Assembly (NCBI GenBank): GCA_038087875.1
Contig: CM075977.1
Coordinates: 91,450,001 to 91,514,000, forward strand
Reading direction: 5' to 3'
Source: Malacoraja senta
Taxonomy: Eukaryota
DNA length: 64,000 nucleotides
This document shows positions 61,676 through 64,000 of the stretch, in pieces (the first letter of the stretch is position 1; every line of letters starts with the position of its first letter). The translations under genes and the position numbers were made by a program. The notes under the pieces are model-generated. The model saw only the letters and a list, made by a program, of their open reading frames with translations, was not told the DNA's origin and did no database searches.

Positions 61676-63877
61676 TTTATTTCCTGCTGATCCCAGAGGA
61701 AAAATCGATTATCTTCCATACAATTGTCCTACTCTGGTAAATCTCATTTCCTTATTGTACTTAGTTTAGCTTGATTGTATTTATTTATGGTATATTCTGA
61801 TTTGATTGGATAGCATGCAAAACAAATAATGGTATCATTTTGTACATGTGATAATAATAAAACTAAACCTGAACCTCTGCAAGAAACATGTTGCTGCTTG
61901 GAAGGCCACAAAGTCCAACCACAAGCAAATGCAGAGCTTTGAAGGACACAGTGGAGAAGCTCCATCTCTGAAACTATTCTGGCATCTTGGTGGGCCAATA
62001 CTCAAGAGTATATCATTGTTATATGTACTCAACAACGGAACAGTGACATTTTTACTTGCAGCATATAACAGGCTCAGTACAGAAATTCAATACAGCTAAT
62101 ATATACAATAAACAACAACAAAAATCCTAAAATATATATATATAACAACCATGATATTGGTGCAAAAAAAACTGAAAACGCTATTAATATTTTGAAATGA
62201 ACAGCATTTAGGAACATTTAAAAACTATTAAGCTTAAATTAAAGAACTGTACAAGTAAAAATCATTTTAAACAATTAACTGGTTAGCACGCAACAAACAC
62301 TTTTCACTGTACCTCGGTACACGTGACAATACATGAAACTCAACTAAACTCAATTCAACTAAAGTTAAAACAATATAAACAAGAACAAAAACCTTTACAT
62401 GTTTAGAAATATTAAGCAAACCATATTTACAAAATATGTAAAATGCACACTTACTATCACCTTGCCTCCCCTTTATGCATTGAAACCCTTCAGTGCTAAC
62501 AGCAGGGTCCAACCTGGAACATGATCCATGTGCCAAATGCCCACAGTAAATATTGGGGCTATTGTACTCCCGAGAGATTCCAGTGATAAAGCAATTTGGG
62601 GAATGGCCAACTGAGTTTGCTCTACAATTTTGGCACCTCATTGTTCACATGGGTCTTGAAATTTACTGGCACTCAGACAGATACATTCTTGTAATTTCAG
62701 CAAACACAATGGGGCTCTCATCACTAATCTGCAGAAGTACAGGAGCTAATAGCATACTCAGCCATGTTCTTACATCTTTTTACAATCGCCATTTATAGAG
62801 TAGGGAATTAACAATTAATTGTTTCATGGAGAGAAACATAGGAGCAATGCAAAACTCCCAGGGAGTTATCCCATGGAATATGTAAACAATTAACCAGGAA
62901 TTTTGAAGACGTGCTTTGCATTGATATTTTAGTATAACTATGCATGGCCTCCTCAAATTCTGTACATTTAATTTTCAGTGGTGCCTTTCCTAACTTGTGA
63001 TATTTTCATTGTGTGGAAATTAATGAAAGCCAAGCATGTCAGTTGCCAGTTCATGTGCAATTATCAAATCACTTCAAGGTGAATTTAAGTAATCTAAAGG
63101 CAAATTTAACTGAGAGAGATGGTGTGCAATTACCTTGCTAAAACAGAATGGCCAGTGGCATCTTCTACAAGGCCATTTCATGGAGCATAAGCATATTTCT
63201 TATTGGTGTGTTTCACGCTGTGGCTGGGAGGGAGGTTTCATTTTGTGTCAGAGATCAGAGACAATTGTTGGAGAACGGATTAGTTAAGTACTAAAGCAGC
63301 ACCTTGTGTTTTACATCCATCTTGCATGAGCGGAGCCAAGATTACATAACGGACGTACAAGAAACTGCAGAACTGGAAGCTTGAGCAAAAATACAAAGTG
63401 TCAAAGAAACTCACCATGTCAGGCAGCATCGGTGGTGAGAATAGGAAGATAATGTTTCGGCTCAGGACTCTTCTTCAGATTAAATTACACAGGCACATAC
63501 TGTAGCCTATATAGAGCAGGATTACATATCAGCCTTTAGATTTATTCAGGACAAAGAAGAGCAAGCTACAACTAGAATAAATCAGAGATACAGGGAACTC
63601 AAGATGCTAAATGTTCAATAGAACACAAATTGCTGGAGTAGCTCCGTAGGGTCAGGCACCATCTCGGGAGGGTATGAATGTTTTGTTTATTTTTTAGCTT
63701 AGTTTAGTTTATTGTCATGTGTACCGTGGTACAGCGAAAAGCTTTTTCGTTCATGCTATCCAGTCAGCACAAAGACTATATGTGATTACAGTGTATAAAT
63801 ACAGGATAAAGGGAATAACATTTAGTGTAAAATAAAGCCCAGAAATGTCTGATGAAAGAAAGTCTGAGGATCTCCAA

Positions 63878-64000
63878 TGTGGAGTTGGATTCATGGGAGG
63901 TGGTCTTGGAGAGGAGGATGCTCCTCAAACTGCGGAGCATCCTGGACAATACAGCTCACCCCCTCCATGACACACTGATCAACCTGAGGAGTACCTTCAG
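63878..64000 (+). mobile_element. Rex1-like LINE C-terminal fragment, continues past the window
   Basis: VLERRMLLKLRSILDNTAHPLHDTLINLRSTF. Confidence 0.75.

Overview
Eukaryotic, repeat-dominated, essentially gene-free DNA. The repeat families (CR1 LINEs, tRNA-headed HE1/V-SINE-like SINEs, Penelope-like elements, Rex/Babar, DIRS, Gypsy) point to a cartilaginous fish, probably a skate or ray (inference). Nearly every long ORF is transposon-derived. Main contents: (1) a decayed DIRS element (1-6873, minus) holding a Gypsy element whose 3' LTR plus adjacent DIRS DNA is inverted, so the LTRs now point in opposite directions; (2) a second, internally deleted Gypsy provirus (21245-24908); (3) many CR1 copies, one L1 with a 15-bp TSD, and Tx1, RTE and Rex/Babar fragments; (4) five PIF/Harbinger-type MITEs and a TG..CA element with 27-bp TIRs; (5) over a dozen short Penelope-derived terminal repeats carrying a minimal hammerhead-ribozyme motif (CTGAAGA-A-stem-GAAACGTC), many inserted alone or as palindromic pairs with their own 11-15 bp TSDs. 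Repeat-free islands look like conserved non-coding elements, and one 79-nt candidate host exon lies on the minus strand (58308-58386). A 232-N gap spans 30831-31062. Boundaries of old repeats are approximate; no database searches were run.
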